From Eledone cirrhosa (lineage: Eukaryota): a stretch of 64,000 nucleotides of DNA. The DNA is taken from the NCBI GenBank assembly GCA_964016885.1, contig OZ024760.1:30690001-30754000 (forward strand). Reading direction: 5' to 3'. Below, one piece after another: positions 12,473 to 27,500 of this stretch; position 1 is the first letter of the stretch, and each line of letters begins with the position of its first letter. The translations under genes were made by a program, and so were the position numbers. Under the pieces are notes generated by a model, which was not told where the DNA came from, made no database searches, and worked only from the letters and a program-made list of their open reading frames with translations.

Positions 12473-14638
12473 ATTTGTAATGTAATGTAATGTAATGTAA
12501 TGTAATGTAATATAATATAATATAATATAATATAATATAATATAATATAATATAATATAATATAATATAACATTGTATAATATAAATATGTAATGTAATG
12601 TAATGTAATGTAATGTGTAATGTAATGTAATGTAATGTAATTTAATGTAACGTAATGTAATGTAATGTAATGTGTAATGTAATGTAATGTAATGTGTAAT
12701 GTAATGTAATGTAATGTAATGTAATGTAATGTAATGTAATGTAATGTAATGTAATGTAATGTAATGTATAATGTAAGGTAACGTAATGTCATGTAACGTA
12801 ATATAATGTGTAATATAATGTAATGTAATGTAATGTAATGTAATGTAATGTAATGTAATGTAATGTAATGTAATGTAATGTAATGTAATGTGTAAGGTGT
12901 AATGTAATGTAATGTAATGTAATGTAATGTAATGTAATGTAATGTAATGTGATGTGTAATGTAATGTAATGTAATGTAATGTGTAATGTAAGGTAATGTA
13001 ATGGAATGCAATGTAATGTAATGTGTAATGTAATGTAATGTAATGTAATGTAATGTAATGTAATGTAATGTAATGTAATGTAATGTGTAATGTAATGTAA
13101 TGTAATGTAATGTAATGTGTAATGTAAGGTAATGTAATGTAATGCAATGTAATGTAATGTGTAATGTAATGTAATGTAATGTAATGTAATGTGTAATGTA
13201 AGGCAATGTAATGTAATGTAATGTAATGTGTAATGTAATGTAATGTAATGTAATGTGGAATGTAATGTAACGTAATGTAATGTAATGTAATGTGTAATGT
13301 AATGTAATGTAATGTATTGTAATGTGTAATGTAATGTAATGTAATGAAATGTAATGTGTAATGTAATGTAATGTAATGTGTAATGTAATGTAATGTAATG
13401 TAATGTAATGTAATGTAATGTGTAATGTAATGTAATGTAATGTAATGTTTAATGTAATGTAATGTAATGTAATGTAATGTAATATAATGTGTAATATAAT
13501 GTAATGTAATGTAATGTAGTATAATGTAATGTAATGTAATGTAATGTAAGGTAATGTAAGGTAATGTAATGTAATGTGTAATGTAATGTAATGTAATGTA
13601 ATATAATGTGTAACGTAATGTAATGTAATGTAATGTAATGTAATATAATGTATAATGTAATGTAATGTAATGTAATGTAATGTAATGTAATGTAATGTAA
13701 TGTAATGTAATGTAATGTAATGTAATGTAAGGTAATGTAATGTAATGTAATGTAATGTGTAATGAAATGTAATGTAATGTGTAACGTAATGTAATGTAAT
13801 GTAATGTAATGTAATGTGATATAATGTGTAATGTAATGTAATGTAATGTGTAATGTAATGTAATGTAATGTAATGAAATGTAATCTAATGTAATGTGTAA
13901 TGTAATGTGTAATGTAATGTAATGTAGTGTAATGTAATGTAATGTAATATAATGTAATGTAACGTGTAATGTAATGTAATGTAATGCAATGTTATGTAAT
14001 GTAATGTGTAATGTAATGTAATGTAATGTAATGTAATGTTATGTAATGTAATGTGTAATGTAATGTACTGTAATGTAATGTAATGTAGTGTAATGTAATG
14101 TAATGTGTAATGTAATGTAACGTAATGTGTAATATAATGTAATGTAATGTAATGTATTGTAATGTAATGTAATGTGTAATGAAATGTAATGTGTAATGTA
14201 ATGTGATGTAATGTAATGTAATGTAAAGTGTAATGTAATGTAATGTAATGTAGTGTAATGTAATGTAATGTGATGTGTAACGTGTAATGTAATGTAATGT
14301 AATGTAATGTAATGTGTAATGTAATGTAATGTAATGTAATATAATCTAATGTAATGTAATGTAATGTGTAATGTAATGTAATATAATGTAATGTGTAATG
14401 TAATGTAATGTAATGTACTGTGTAATGTCATTTAATGTAATATAATGTGTAATGTAATGTAATGTAATGTAATGTAAGGTAATGTGTAATGTAATGTAAT
14501 GTAATGGAATGTAATGTAATGTGTAATGTAATGTGTAATGTAATGTAATGTAATGTAATGTAACGTAACGTGTAATGTAATGTGTAATGTAATATAATGT
14601 AATGTAAAGTAATGTAATGTAATGTAATGTAAAATAAT

Positions 14639-14822
14639 TGTTTCTACTTTAGGCACAAGGCCAGCAAATACCCAGTGCATTACTGGTACTTTATTTTATC
14701 GACCCCGTAAGTATGAAAGGCAAAGTCAACCTCGGCGGGATTTGAACTCAGATCGTAAAGGGACATAACTATGTTGGAAAGCATGACATCCGACCCTCTA
14801 CCGATACTGCCAATCCACCGCC
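14639..14822 (-). mobile_element. SINE copy 7, full length, subfamily A (tatgTtgg variant)
   Basis: Same sequence as copy 5. Confidence 0.88.
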
Positions 14823-16974
14823 ATTTGTAATGTAATGTAATGTAATGTAATGTAATGTAATGTAATATAATATAATATAATATAATATAATATAATATAA
14901 TATAATATAATATAACATTGTATAATATAATATGTAATGTAATGTAATGTAATGTGTAATGTAATGTAATGTAATGTAATTTAATGTAACGTAATGTAAT
15001 GTAATGTAATGTGTAATGTAATGTAATGTAATGTAATGTAATGTGTAATGTAATGTAATGTAATGTAATGTAATGTAATGTAATGTAATGTAATGTATAA
15101 TGTAAGGTAACGTAATGTAATGTAACGTAATATAATGTGTAATATAATGTAATGTAATGTAATGTAATGTAATGTAATGTAATGTAATGAAATGTAATGT
15201 AATGTAATGTAATGTGTAAGGTGTAATGTAATGTAATGTAATGTAATGTAATGTAATGTAATGTAATGTGATGTGTAATGTAATGTAATGTAATGTAATG
15301 TAATGTGTAATGTAAGGTAATGTAATGGAATGCAATGTAATGTAATGTGTAATGTAATGTAATGTAATGTAATGTAATGTAATGTAATGTAATGTGTAAT
15401 GTAATGTAATGTAATGTAATGTAATGTAATGTGTAATGTAAGGTAATGTAATGTAATGCAATGTAATGTAATGTGTAATGTAATGTAATGTAATGTAATG
15501 TAATGTGTAATGTAAGGCAGTGTAATGTAATGTAATGTAATGTGTAATGTAATGTAATGTAATGTAATGTGGAATGTAATGTAACGTAATGTAATGTAAT
15601 GTAATGTGTAATGTAATGTAATGTATTGTAATGTGTAATGTAATGTAATGTAATGAAATGTAATGTGTAATGTAATGTTATGTAATGTGTAATGTAATGT
15701 AATGTAATGTAATGTAATGTAATGTGTAATGTAATGTAATGTAATGTTATGTAATGTAATGTGTAATGTAATGTTTAATGTAATGTAATGTAATGTAATG
15801 TAATGTAATATAATGTGTAATATAATGTAATGTAATGTAATGTAATGTAATGTAGTATAATGTAATGTAATGTAATGTAATGTAAGGTAATGTAAGGTAA
15901 TGTAATGTAATGTGTAATGTAATGTAATGTAATGTAATGCAATGTAATATAATGTGTAACGTAATGTAATGTAATGTAATGTAATGTAATATAATGTGTA
16001 ATGTAATGTAATGTAATGTAATGTAATGTAATGTAATGTAATGTAATGTAATGTAATGTAATGTAAGGTAATGTAATGTAATGTGTAATGAAATGTAATG
16101 TAATGTGTAACGTAATGTAATGTAATGTAATGTAATGTAATATAATGTGTAATGTAATGTAATGTAATGTGTAATGTAATGTAATGTAATGTAATGTAAT
16201 GTAATGTAATCTAATGTAATGTGTAATGTAATGTGTAATGTAATGTAATGTAATGTAATGTAATGTAATATAATGTAATGTAACGTGTAATGTAATGTAA
16301 TGTAATGCAATGTTATGTAATGCAATGTTATGTAATGTAATGTGTAATGTAATGTAATGTAATGTAATGTTATGTAATGTAATGTGTAATGTAATGTACT
16401 GTAATGTAATGTAATGTAGTGTAATGTAATGTAATGTGTAATGTAATGTAACGTAATGTGTAATGTAATGTAATGTAATGTAATGTAATGTATTGTAATG
16501 TAATGTAATGTAATGTGTAATGAAATGTAATGTGTAATGTAATGTGATGTAATGTAATGTAATGTAATGTAATGTAAAGTGTAATGTAATGTAATGTAAT
16601 GTAGTGTAATGTAATGTAATGTGATGTGTAACGTGTAATGTAATGTAATGTAATGTAATGTAATGTAATGTAATGTGTAATGTAATGTAATGTAATGTAA
16701 TGTGTAATGTAATGTAATATAATGTAATGTGTAATGTAATGTAATGTAATGTACTGTGTAATGTCATGTAATGTAATATAATGTGTAATGTAATGTAATG
16801 TAATGTAATGTAAGGTAATGTGTAATGTAACGTAATGTAATGTAATGGAATGTAATGTAATGTGTAATGTAATGTGTAATGTAATGTAATGTAATGTAAT
16901 GTAACGTAACGTGTAATGTAATGTGTAATGTAAGATAATGTAATGTAAAGTAATGTAATGTAATGTAAAATAAT

Positions 16975-17158
16975 TGTTTCTACTTTAGGCACAAGGCCAG
17001 CAAATACCCAATGCATTACTGGTACTTTATTTTATCGACCCCGTAAGTATGAAAGGCAAAGTCAACCTCGGCGGGATTTGAACTCAGATCGTAAAGGGAC
17101 ATAACTATGCTGGAAAGCATGACATCCGACCCTCTACCGATACTGCCAATCCACCACC
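16975..17158 (-). mobile_element. SINE copy 8, full length, last subfamily A copy
   Basis: A-type with private variants cccaAtgc and ccaccAcc. Confidence 0.88.
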
Positions 17159-17199
17159 ATTTGTAATGTAATGTAATGTAATGTAATGTAATGTAATGT

Positions 17200-17284
17200 A
17201 ATATAATATAATATAATATAATATAATATAATATAATATAATATAATATAATATAATATAATATAATATAATATAATATAATAT
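17200..17284. repeat. (AATAT)17, longest of the A-type AATAT tracts
   Basis: Direct reading. Confidence 0.9.
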
Positions 17285-20200
17285 AACATTGTATAATATA
17301 ATATGTAATGTAATGTAATGTAATGTAATGTGTAATGTAATGTAATGTAATGTAATTTAATATAACGTAATGTAATGTAATGTAATGTGTAATGTAATGT
17401 AATGTAATGTAATGTGTAATGTAATGTAATGTAATGTAATGTAATGTAATGTGTAATGTAATGTAATGTAATGTAATGTAATGTAATGTAATGTGTAATG
17501 TAATGTAATGTGATGTGTAATGTAATGTAATGTAATGTAATGTAATGTAATGTGTAATGTAATGTAATGTAATGTGTAATGTAATGTAATGTAATGTAAT
17601 GTGTAATGTAATGTAATGTAATGTAATGTAATGTAATGTAATGTGTAATATGTAATGTAATGTAATGTAATGTAATGTAATATGTAATGTAATGTAATAT
17701 GTAATGTATTATAATATAATATAATATAATATAATATAATATAATATAATATAATATAATATAATATAATATAATATGTAATGTAATGTAATGTAACGTA
17801 ATGTTTAATGTAATGTAATGTGTAATGTAATGTAATGTAATGTAATGTGTAATGTAATGTAAAGTGTAATGTAATGTAATGTAATGTAATGTAACGTGTA
17901 ATGTAATGTAATGTAATGTAATGTAATGTAATGTAATGTAATGTAATGTAATGTGTAATGTAATGTAATGTAATGTAATGTAATGTAATGTGTAATGTAA
18001 TGTAATGTAATGTAATGTGTAATGTAATGTAATGTAATGTAATGTAATGAAATGTAATGTAATGTAATGTGTAATGTAATGTAATGTAATGTAATGTAAA
18101 GTAATGTAATGTGTAATGTAATGTAATGTAATGTAATGTATAATGTAATGTAATGTAATGTAATGTAATGTAATGTGTAATGTAATGTAATGTAATGTAA
18201 TGTAATGTTATGTAATGTAATGTAATGTTATGTAATGTAATGTAATGTGTAAGGTGTAATGTAATGTAATGTAATGTTATGTAATGTAATGTAATGTGTA
18301 AGGTGTAATGTAATGTAATGTAATGTAATGTAATGTAATGTAATGTGTAATGTAATGTAATGTAATGTAATGTAATGTTATGTAATGTGTAATGTAAGGT
18401 AATGTAACGTAATGCAAGGTAATGTAATATGTAATGTAATGTAATGTAATGTGTAATGTAAGGTAATGTAATGTAATGTAATGTAATGTGTAATGTAATG
18501 TAATGAAATGTGGAATGTAATGTAATGTAATGTGTAATGTAATGTAATATAATGTAATGTGTAATGTAATGTAATGTAATGTAATGTAATGTGTAATGTA
18601 ATGTAATGTGTAATGTAATGTAATGTCATGTGTAATGTAATGTAACGTAATGTAATGTAACGTAATGTGTAATGTAATATAATGTAATGTAATGTAATGT
18701 AATGTAATGTGTAATGTAATGTAATGTAATGTAATTTATGGTAATGTAATGTAATGTGTAATGTAATGTAATGTAATGTGTAATGTAATGTAATGTAATG
18801 TAATGTGTAATGTAATGTAATGTAATATAATGTAATGTAATATAATGTAATGTAATGTGTAATGTAATGTAATGTAATGTAATGTAATGTAATGTAATGT
18901 GTAATGTAATGTAATGTAATATAATGTAATGTAATATAATGTAATGTAATGTGGAATGTAATGTAATGTAATGTAATGTGTAATGTAATGTAATGTAATG
19001 TGTAATGCAATGTAATGTAATGTAATGTAATGTAATGTAATGTGTAATGTAATGTAATGTCATGTGTAATGTAATGTAACGTAATGTAATGTAACGTAAT
19101 GTGTAATGTAATATAATGTAATGTAATGTAATGTAATGTAATGTGTATTGTAATGTTTAATGTAATGTAATGTAATGTAATATGTAATGTAATGTAATGT
19201 AATGTAATGTAATGTAATGTAATATAATGTAATGTAATGTAATGTAATTTAAGGTAATGTAATGTAATGTAATGTAATGTGTAATGTAATGTAATGTAAT
19301 GTGTAACGTAATGTAATGTAATGTAATGTAATGTGTAATGTAATGTAATGTAATGCGTAATGTAATGTAACGTAATGTAATGTAATGTAATGTAATTTAA
19401 TGTAATGTAATGTAACGTAATGTGTAATGTAATGTGTAATGTAATGTGTAATGTAATGTAATGTAATCTGTAATGTAACGTAATGTAATGTGTAATGTAA
19501 TGTAATGTAATGTAATGTGTAATGTAATGTAATGTAATATAATGTAATGTAATATAATGTAATGTAATGTGTAATGTAATGTAATGTAATGTAATGTAAT
19601 GTGTAATGTAATGTAATGTAATGTAAAGTTATGTAATATAATGTGTAATGTAATGTAATGTAATATAATGTAATTTAATGTAAGGTAATGTAATGTAATG
19701 TAATGTAATGTAATGTAATGTGCAATGTAATGTAATGTAATGCACTGTAATGTAATGTAATGTAATGTAATGTAATGTAATGTAATGTAATGTAATCTAA
19801 TGTGTAATGTAATGTAATGTAATGTGTAATGTAATGTAATGTAATGTAATGTAATGTAATGTATTGTAATGTAATGTAATGTGTAATGTAATGTAATGTG
19901 TAATGTAATGTGATGTAATGTAATGTAATGTAATGTGTAATGTAATGTGTAATGTAATGTAGTGTAATGTAATGTAATGTAATGTAATGTAATATGTAAT
20001 GTAATATAATATAATATTATATAATATAAAATAAGATAATATACTATGTAATGTAATGTACTGTAATGTAATGTAATGTAATGTAATGTAATGTGTAATG
20101 TAATGTAATGTAATGTGTAATGTAATGTAATGTAATGTAATGTAATTTAATGTAATGTAATGTAATGTATTGTAATGTAATGTAATGTGTAATGTAATGT

Positions 20201-20595
20201 GATGTAATGTAATGTAATGTAATGTGTAATGTAGTGTAATGTAATGTAATGTAATGTAATGTGTAATATAATGTGTAATGTAATGTAATGTAATGTAATA
20301 TAATCTAATGTAATGTGTAATGTAATGTAATGTAATATAATGTAAAGTGTAATGTAATGTAATGTAATGTAATGTAATGTGTAATGTAATGTAATGCAAC
20401 ATAATGTGTAATGTAATGTAATGTAATGTAATGTAATGTAATGTAACGTGTAATGTAATGTAATGTAATGTAATGTAATATGTAATGTAATATAATATAA
20501 TATTATATAAGATAAAATAAGATAATATACTATGTAATGTAATGTAATGTAATGTAAAGTAATGTAACGTAATGTAATGTGTAATATAATGTAAT

Positions 20596-20779
20596 TGTTT
20601 CTACTTTAGGCACAAGGCCAGCAATTACCCAGTGCATTACTGGTACTTTATTTTATCGACCCCGTAAGGATGAAAGGCAAAGTCAACCTCGGCGGGATTT
20701 GAACTCAGATCGTAAAGGGACGTAACTATGCTGGAAAGCATGGCGTCTGACCCTCTACCGATACTGCCAATCCACCGCC
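20596..20779 (-). mobile_element. SINE copy 9, full length, subfamily B
   Basis: B diagnostics: aaggatg, gacgtaac, ggcgtctgacc, ccgcc|aatgtg junction. Confidence 0.88.
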
Positions 20780-23700
20780 AATGTGTAATGTAATGTAATG
20801 TAATGTGTAATGTAATGTAATGTGTAATGTAATGTAATGTAATGTAATGTAATGTAATCTGTAATGTAATGTAATGTAATGTAATGTGTAATGTAATGTA
20901 ATGTAATGTAATATACCGTAATGTAATGTGTAATGTAAAGTAATGTATAATGTAATGTAATGTAATGTAATGTAATGTGTAACGTAATGTAATGTAATGT
21001 AATGTAATGTGTAATGTTAAATGTAATGTAATGTAATGTAATGTGTAATGTAATGTAACGTAATGTAATGTGTAATGTAATGTAATGTAATGAAATGTAA
21101 TATAATGTGTAATGTAATGTAATCTAATGTAATGTAAAGTGTAACGTAATGTAATGTAATGTAATGTAATGTAATGTGTAGCGTAATGTAATGTAACGTA
21201 ATGTGTAATGTAATGTAATGTAATTTAATGTAATGTGTAATGTAATGTAATGTAATGTAATGTAATGTAATGTAATGTAATGTGTAATGTAATGTAATGT
21301 AATATAATATAATATAATATAACATAATATAATATAATATAATACAATATGTAATGTAATGTAATGTAATGTGTAATGTAATGTAATGTAATGTAATGTA
21401 ATGTAATGTAATGTGTAATGTAATGTAATGTAATTTAATGTGTAATGTAATGTAATGTAATGTGTAATGTAATGTAATGTGTAATGTAATGTAATGTAAT
21501 GTAATATAATGTAATGTAATGTAATGTAATCTGTAATGTAATGTAATGTAATGTAATGTGTAATGTAATGTAATGTAATGTAATGTACCGTAATGTAATG
21601 TGTAATGTAATGTAATGTATAATGTAATGTAATGTAATGTAATGTAATGTTATGTGTAACGTAATGTAATGTAATGTAATGTAATGTAATGTAATGTGTA
21701 ATGTGTAATGTAATGTAATGTAATGTAATGTAATGTAATGTAATGTAATGTAATGTAATGTGTAATGTAATGTAATGTAATGTAATGTAGTGTAATGTAA
21801 TGTGTAATGTAATGTAATGTAATGTAATGTATAATGTAATGTAATGTAATGTAATGTGTAATGTCATGTAATGTAATGTAATGTAATGTAATGTAATGTA
21901 ATGTAATGTAATGTATAATGTAAGGTAACGTAATGTAATGTAACGTAATGTAACGTGTAATGTAATGTAATGTAATGTAATGTGTAATGTAATGTAATGT
22001 AATGTAATGTAATGTAATGTAATGTAATGTAATGTAATGTGTAAGGTGAAATGTAATGTAATGTAATGTATTATAATGTAATGTGTAATGTAACGTAACG
22101 TAATGTGTAATGTAATGTAATGTAATGTAATGTAATGTGTAATGTAATGTAATGTAATGTAATGTAATGTAATGCAATGTAATGTAATGTAATGTGTAAT
22201 GTAATGTAACGTAATGTGTAATGTAATGTAACGTAATGTGTAATGTAATGTAATGTAATGTATAATGTAATGTAATGTAATGTAATGTAATGTAATGTAA
22301 TGTAATGTAATGTAATGTAATGTAATGTGTAAGGTGTAATGTAATGTAACGTAATATAATGTAATGTGTAATGTAATGTAACGTAATGTGTAATGTAATG
22401 TAATGTAATGTAGTGTAATGTAATGTGTAATGTAATGTAATGTAATGTGTAATGTAATGTAATGTAATATAATATAATATAATATAATATAACATCACAT
22501 AATATGTAATGAAATGTAATGTAATGTAATGTAATGTAATGTAATGTAATGTAATGTAATGTAATGTAATGTAATGTAATGTAATGTAATGTAATGTAAT
22601 GTGTAAAGTAGGGTAACGTAATGTAATGTAATGTAATATAATGTGTAATGTAATGTAATGTAATGTAATGTGTAATTTAATGTAATGTAATGTAATGTAA
22701 CGTAATGTGTAATCTAATGTAATGTGTAATGTAATGTAATATAATATAATATAATATAATATAATATAATATAACATCACATAATATTTAATGTAATGTA
22801 ATGTAATGTAATGTAATGTGTAATGTCATGTAATGTAATGTAATGTAATGTAATATAATGTATTTTAATGTAATGTAATGTAATGTAATGTGTAATGTAA
22901 TGTAATGTAATGTAATATAATGTGTAATGTAATGTGTAATGTAATGTAATGTAATGTAATATAATGTAATTTAATGTAATGTAATGTAATGTAATGTGTA
23001 ATGTAATGTAATGTAATGTAATGTAATGTGTAATGCAATGTAATGTAATGTAATGTAATGTAATGTGTAATGTAATGTAATGTAATGTAATCTAATGTAA
23101 TGTAATGTAATGTAATGTGTAATGTAATGTAATGTAATTTGTAATGTAATGTAATGTAACGTGTAATGTAATGTAATGTAATGTGTAATGTCATGTAATG
23201 TAATGTAATGTGTAATGTAATGTAATGTAATGTAATGCAATGTAATGTAATGTGTAATGTAATGTAATGTAATGTAATCTAATGTAATGTAATGTATTGT
23301 AATGTAACGTGTAATGTAATGTAATGTAATGTAATGTAATGTAATGTAATGTGTAATGTAATGTAATGTGTAATGTAATGTAATGTAATGTAATGTAATG
23401 TAATGTAATGTGTAATGTATATTGTAATGTAATGTAATGTAATATAATGTAATATAATGTAATGTGTAATGTAATGTAATGTAATGAAATGTAATGTAAA
23501 GTGTAATGTAATGTAACGTAATGTAATGTGTAATGTAATGTAATGTAATGTAATGTAATGTAATATAATGTGTAATGTAATGTAATGTAAAGTGTAACGT
23601 AATGTAATGTAATGTAATGTAATGTAATGTAATGTAATGTGTAATGTAATGTAATGTAACGTAATGTGTAATCTAATGTAATGTAATGTAATGTAATATA

Positions 23701-24318
23701 AAGTAATGTAATGTGCAATGTAATGTAATGTAATGTAATGTGTAATGTAATGTAATGTAATGTAATGTGTAATGTAAAGTAATGTAATGTGTAATGTCAT
23801 GTAATGTAATGTAACGTGTAATGTAAGGTAACGTAATGTAATGTAATGTAACGTAATGTGTAATGTAATGTAATGTAATGTAATGTAATGTAATGTAACG
23901 TGTAATGTAATGTAATGTAATGTAATGTGTAATGTAACGTAATGTATTGTAATGTAATTTAATGTAATGTAATGTAATGTAATGTGTAATGTAATGTAAT
24001 GTAATGTAATGTGTAATGTAATGTAATGTAATGTAATGTGTAACATAATGTAATGTAATGTAATGTGTAATGTAATGTAATGTAATGTAATGTAATGTAA
24101 TGTAATGCGTAACGTAATGTAATGTAATGTAATGTAATGTGTAATATAATACAACGTAATGTAATGTAATGTAATGTAATATGTAATGTAATATAATATG
24201 ATATTATATAATATATTATAATATAATATACTATGTAATGTAATGTAATGTAATGTAATGTAATGTAAAGTAATGTAACGTAATGTTTAATGTAATGTAA
24301 TGTGTAATGTAATGTAAT

Positions 24319-24502
24319 TGTTTCTACTTTAGGCACAAGGCCAGCAATTACCCAGTGCATTACTGGTACTTTATTTTATCGACCCCGTAAGGATGAAAGG
24401 CAAAGTCAACCTCGGCGGGATTTGAACTCAGATCGTAAAGGGACGTAACTATGCTGAAAAGCATGGCGTCTGACCCTCTACCGATACTGCCAATCCACAG
24501 CC
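24319..24502 (-). mobile_element. SINE copy 10, full length, subfamily B (gctgAaaa, ccacAgcc)
   Basis: B-type with two variants shared with copy 11. Confidence 0.88.
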
Positions 24503-27500
24503 AATGTGTAATGTAATGTAATTTAATGTAATGTGTAATGTAATGTAATGTGTAATGTAATGTAATGTACTGTGTAATGTCATGTAATGTAATATGATGT
24601 GTAATCTAATGTAATGTAATGTAATGTAATGTAATGTAACGTGTAATGTAACGTAATGTAATGTAATGTAATGTAATGTAATGTAATGTAATGTAATGTC
24701 TAATGTAATGTAATGTAATGTAATGTAATGTGTAATGTAATGTAATGTAATGTAATGTAATGTGTAATGTAATGTGTAATGTAATGTAATGTAATGTAAT
24801 GTAATGTAATGTAATGTGTAATGTAATGTGTAATGTAATGTAATGTATAATGTAATGTAATGTAATGTAATGTAATGTGTAACGTAATGTAATGTAATGT
24901 AATGTGTAATGTGTAATGTGTAATGTGTAATGTAATGTAATGTAATGTAATGTAATTTAATGTAATCTAATGTGTAATGTAATGTAATGTAATGTAATGT
25001 AATGTAATGTAATGTAATGTAATTTAATGTGTAATGTAACGTAATGTAATGTAATGTAATGTGTGATGTAATGTAATGTAAGGTAATGTAATGTGTAATG
25101 TAATGTAATATAATGTAATGTAATGTGTAATGCAATGTAATGCAATGTAATGTAATGTAATGTAATGTAATGTAATGTGTAATGTAATGTAATGTAATGT
25201 AATGTGTGATGTAACGTAATGTAATGTGTAATGTCATGTAATGTAATGTAATGTAATGTAACGTGTAATGTAGTGTAATGTAATGTAATGTAATGTGTAA
25301 TGTAATGTAATGCAATGTAATGTAATGTTATGTAATGTAATGTAATGTGTAAGGTGTAATGTAAGGTAATGTAACGTAATGCAAGGTAATGTAATATGTA
25401 ATGTAATGTAATGTAATGTGTAATGTAAGGTAATGTAATGTAATGTAATGTAATGTGTAATGTAATGTAATGTAATGTAATGTGGAATGTAATGTAACGT
25501 AATGTGTAATGTAATATAATGTAATGTAATGTAATGTAATGTGTAATGTAATGTAATGTAATGTGTAATGTAATGTAATGTAATGTAATGCGTGATGTAA
25601 CGTAATGTAATGTGTAATGTCATGTAATGTAATGTAATGTAATGTAATGTATAATGTAATGTAATGTAATGTAATGTAATGTGTAATGTACTGTAATGTA
25701 ATGTAATGTAATGTTATGTAATGTAATGTAATGTGTAAGGTGTAATGTAATGTAATGTAATGTAATGTAATGTAATGTAATGTGTAATGTAATGTAATGT
25801 AATGTAATGTAATGTTATGTAATGTGTAATGTAAGGTAATGTAACGTAATGCAAGGTAATGTAATATGTAATGTAATGTAATGTAATGTGTAATGTAAGG
25901 TAATGTAATGTAATGTAATGTAATGTGTAATGTAATGTAATGTAATGTAATGTGGAATGTAATGTAATGTAATGTGTAATGTAATGTAATGTAATGTAAT
26001 GTGTAATGTAATGTAATGTAATGTAATGTAATGTGTAATGTAATGTAATGTGTAATGTAATGTAATGTCATGTGTAATGTAATGTAACGTAATGTAATGT
26101 AACGTAATGTGTAATGTAATATAATGTAATGTAATGTAATGTAATATGTAATGTAATGTAATGTAATGTAATGTAATGTAATGTAATGTAATGCAATGTA
26201 ATGTAATATAATGTAATGTAATGTAATGTAATTTAAGGTAATGTAATGTAATGTAATGTGTAATGTAATGTAATGTAATGTGTAATGTAATGTAATGTGT
26301 AATGTAATGTAATGTAATATAATGTAATGTAATATAATGTAATGTAATGTGTAATGTAATGTAATGTAATGTAAAGTTATGTAATGTAATGTGTAATGTA
26401 ATGTAATGTAATATAATGTAATTTAATGTAAGTTAATGTAATGTAATGTAATGTAATGTAATGTAATGTAATGTAATGTGTAATGTAATGTAATATAATG
26501 TAATGTAATGTAATGTGTAATGTAATGTAATGTAATGTAATGTAATGTAATGTAATGTGTAATGTAATGTAATGTAATGTAATGTGTAATGTAATGTAAT
26601 GTAATGTAATGCAATGCAATGCAATGCAATGTAATGTAATGTAATGTGTAATGTAATGTAATGTAATGTGTAATGTAATGTAATGTAATGTGTAATGTAA
26701 TGTAATGTAATGTAACGTAATGTGTAATATGTAATGTAATGTAATGTAATGTAATGTAATATGTAATGTATTATAATATAATATAATATAATATAATATA
26801 ATATAATATAATATAATATAATATAATATGTAATGTAATGTAATGTTTAATGTAATGTAATGTGTAATGTAATGTAATGTAATGTAATGTGATGTGTAAT
26901 GTAATGTAATGTGTAATGTAATGTAATGTAAAGTAATGTAATGTAATCTGTAATGTAATGTAATGTAATGTAATGTAATGTAATGTAATGTGTAATGTGT
27001 AATGTAATGTAATGTAATGTAATGTGTAATGTGTAATGTAATGTAATGTAATGTAATGTAATGTAATGTAATGTAATGTGTAATGTAATGTAATGTAATG
27101 TAGTGTGTAATGTAATGTAATGTAATGTAATGTAATGTAATTTAAGGTAATGCAATGTAATGTAATGTAATGTGTAATGTAATGTAATGTAATGTGTAAT
27201 GTAATGTAATGTAATGTAATGTAATGTAATGTAATGTGTAATGTAATGTAATGCGTAATGTAATGTAACGTAATGTAATGTAATGTAACGTGTAATGTAA
27301 TGTAATGTAATGTAATGTAATGTGTAATGTAACGTAATGTATTGTAATGTAATGTAATTTAATGTAATGTAATGTTATGTAATGTGTAATGTAATGTAAT
27401 GTAATGTAATGTGTAATGTAATGTAATGTAATGTAATGTGTAACATAATGTAATGTAATGTAATGTGTAATGTAATGTAATGTAATGTAATGTAATGTAA

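Larger units (their letters stand above)
7400..15700. repeat. ~4.2-kb higher-order tandem duplication (two SINEs per unit; boundaries approximate)
   Basis: Copies 4 to 6 are offset by 4226 and copies 5 to 7 by 4224. Shared markers tataaatatg, tatgttgg, gtcattta, aaggcagtg. Confidence 0.75.

Noticed and set aside
19737-19747. Satellite variant GTAATGCACTG matches the SINE hairpin on the opposite strand (also at about 60855)
   Set aside because: It is one substitution away from the common gtaatgtactg variant, so an 11-nt match is easily explained by chance.
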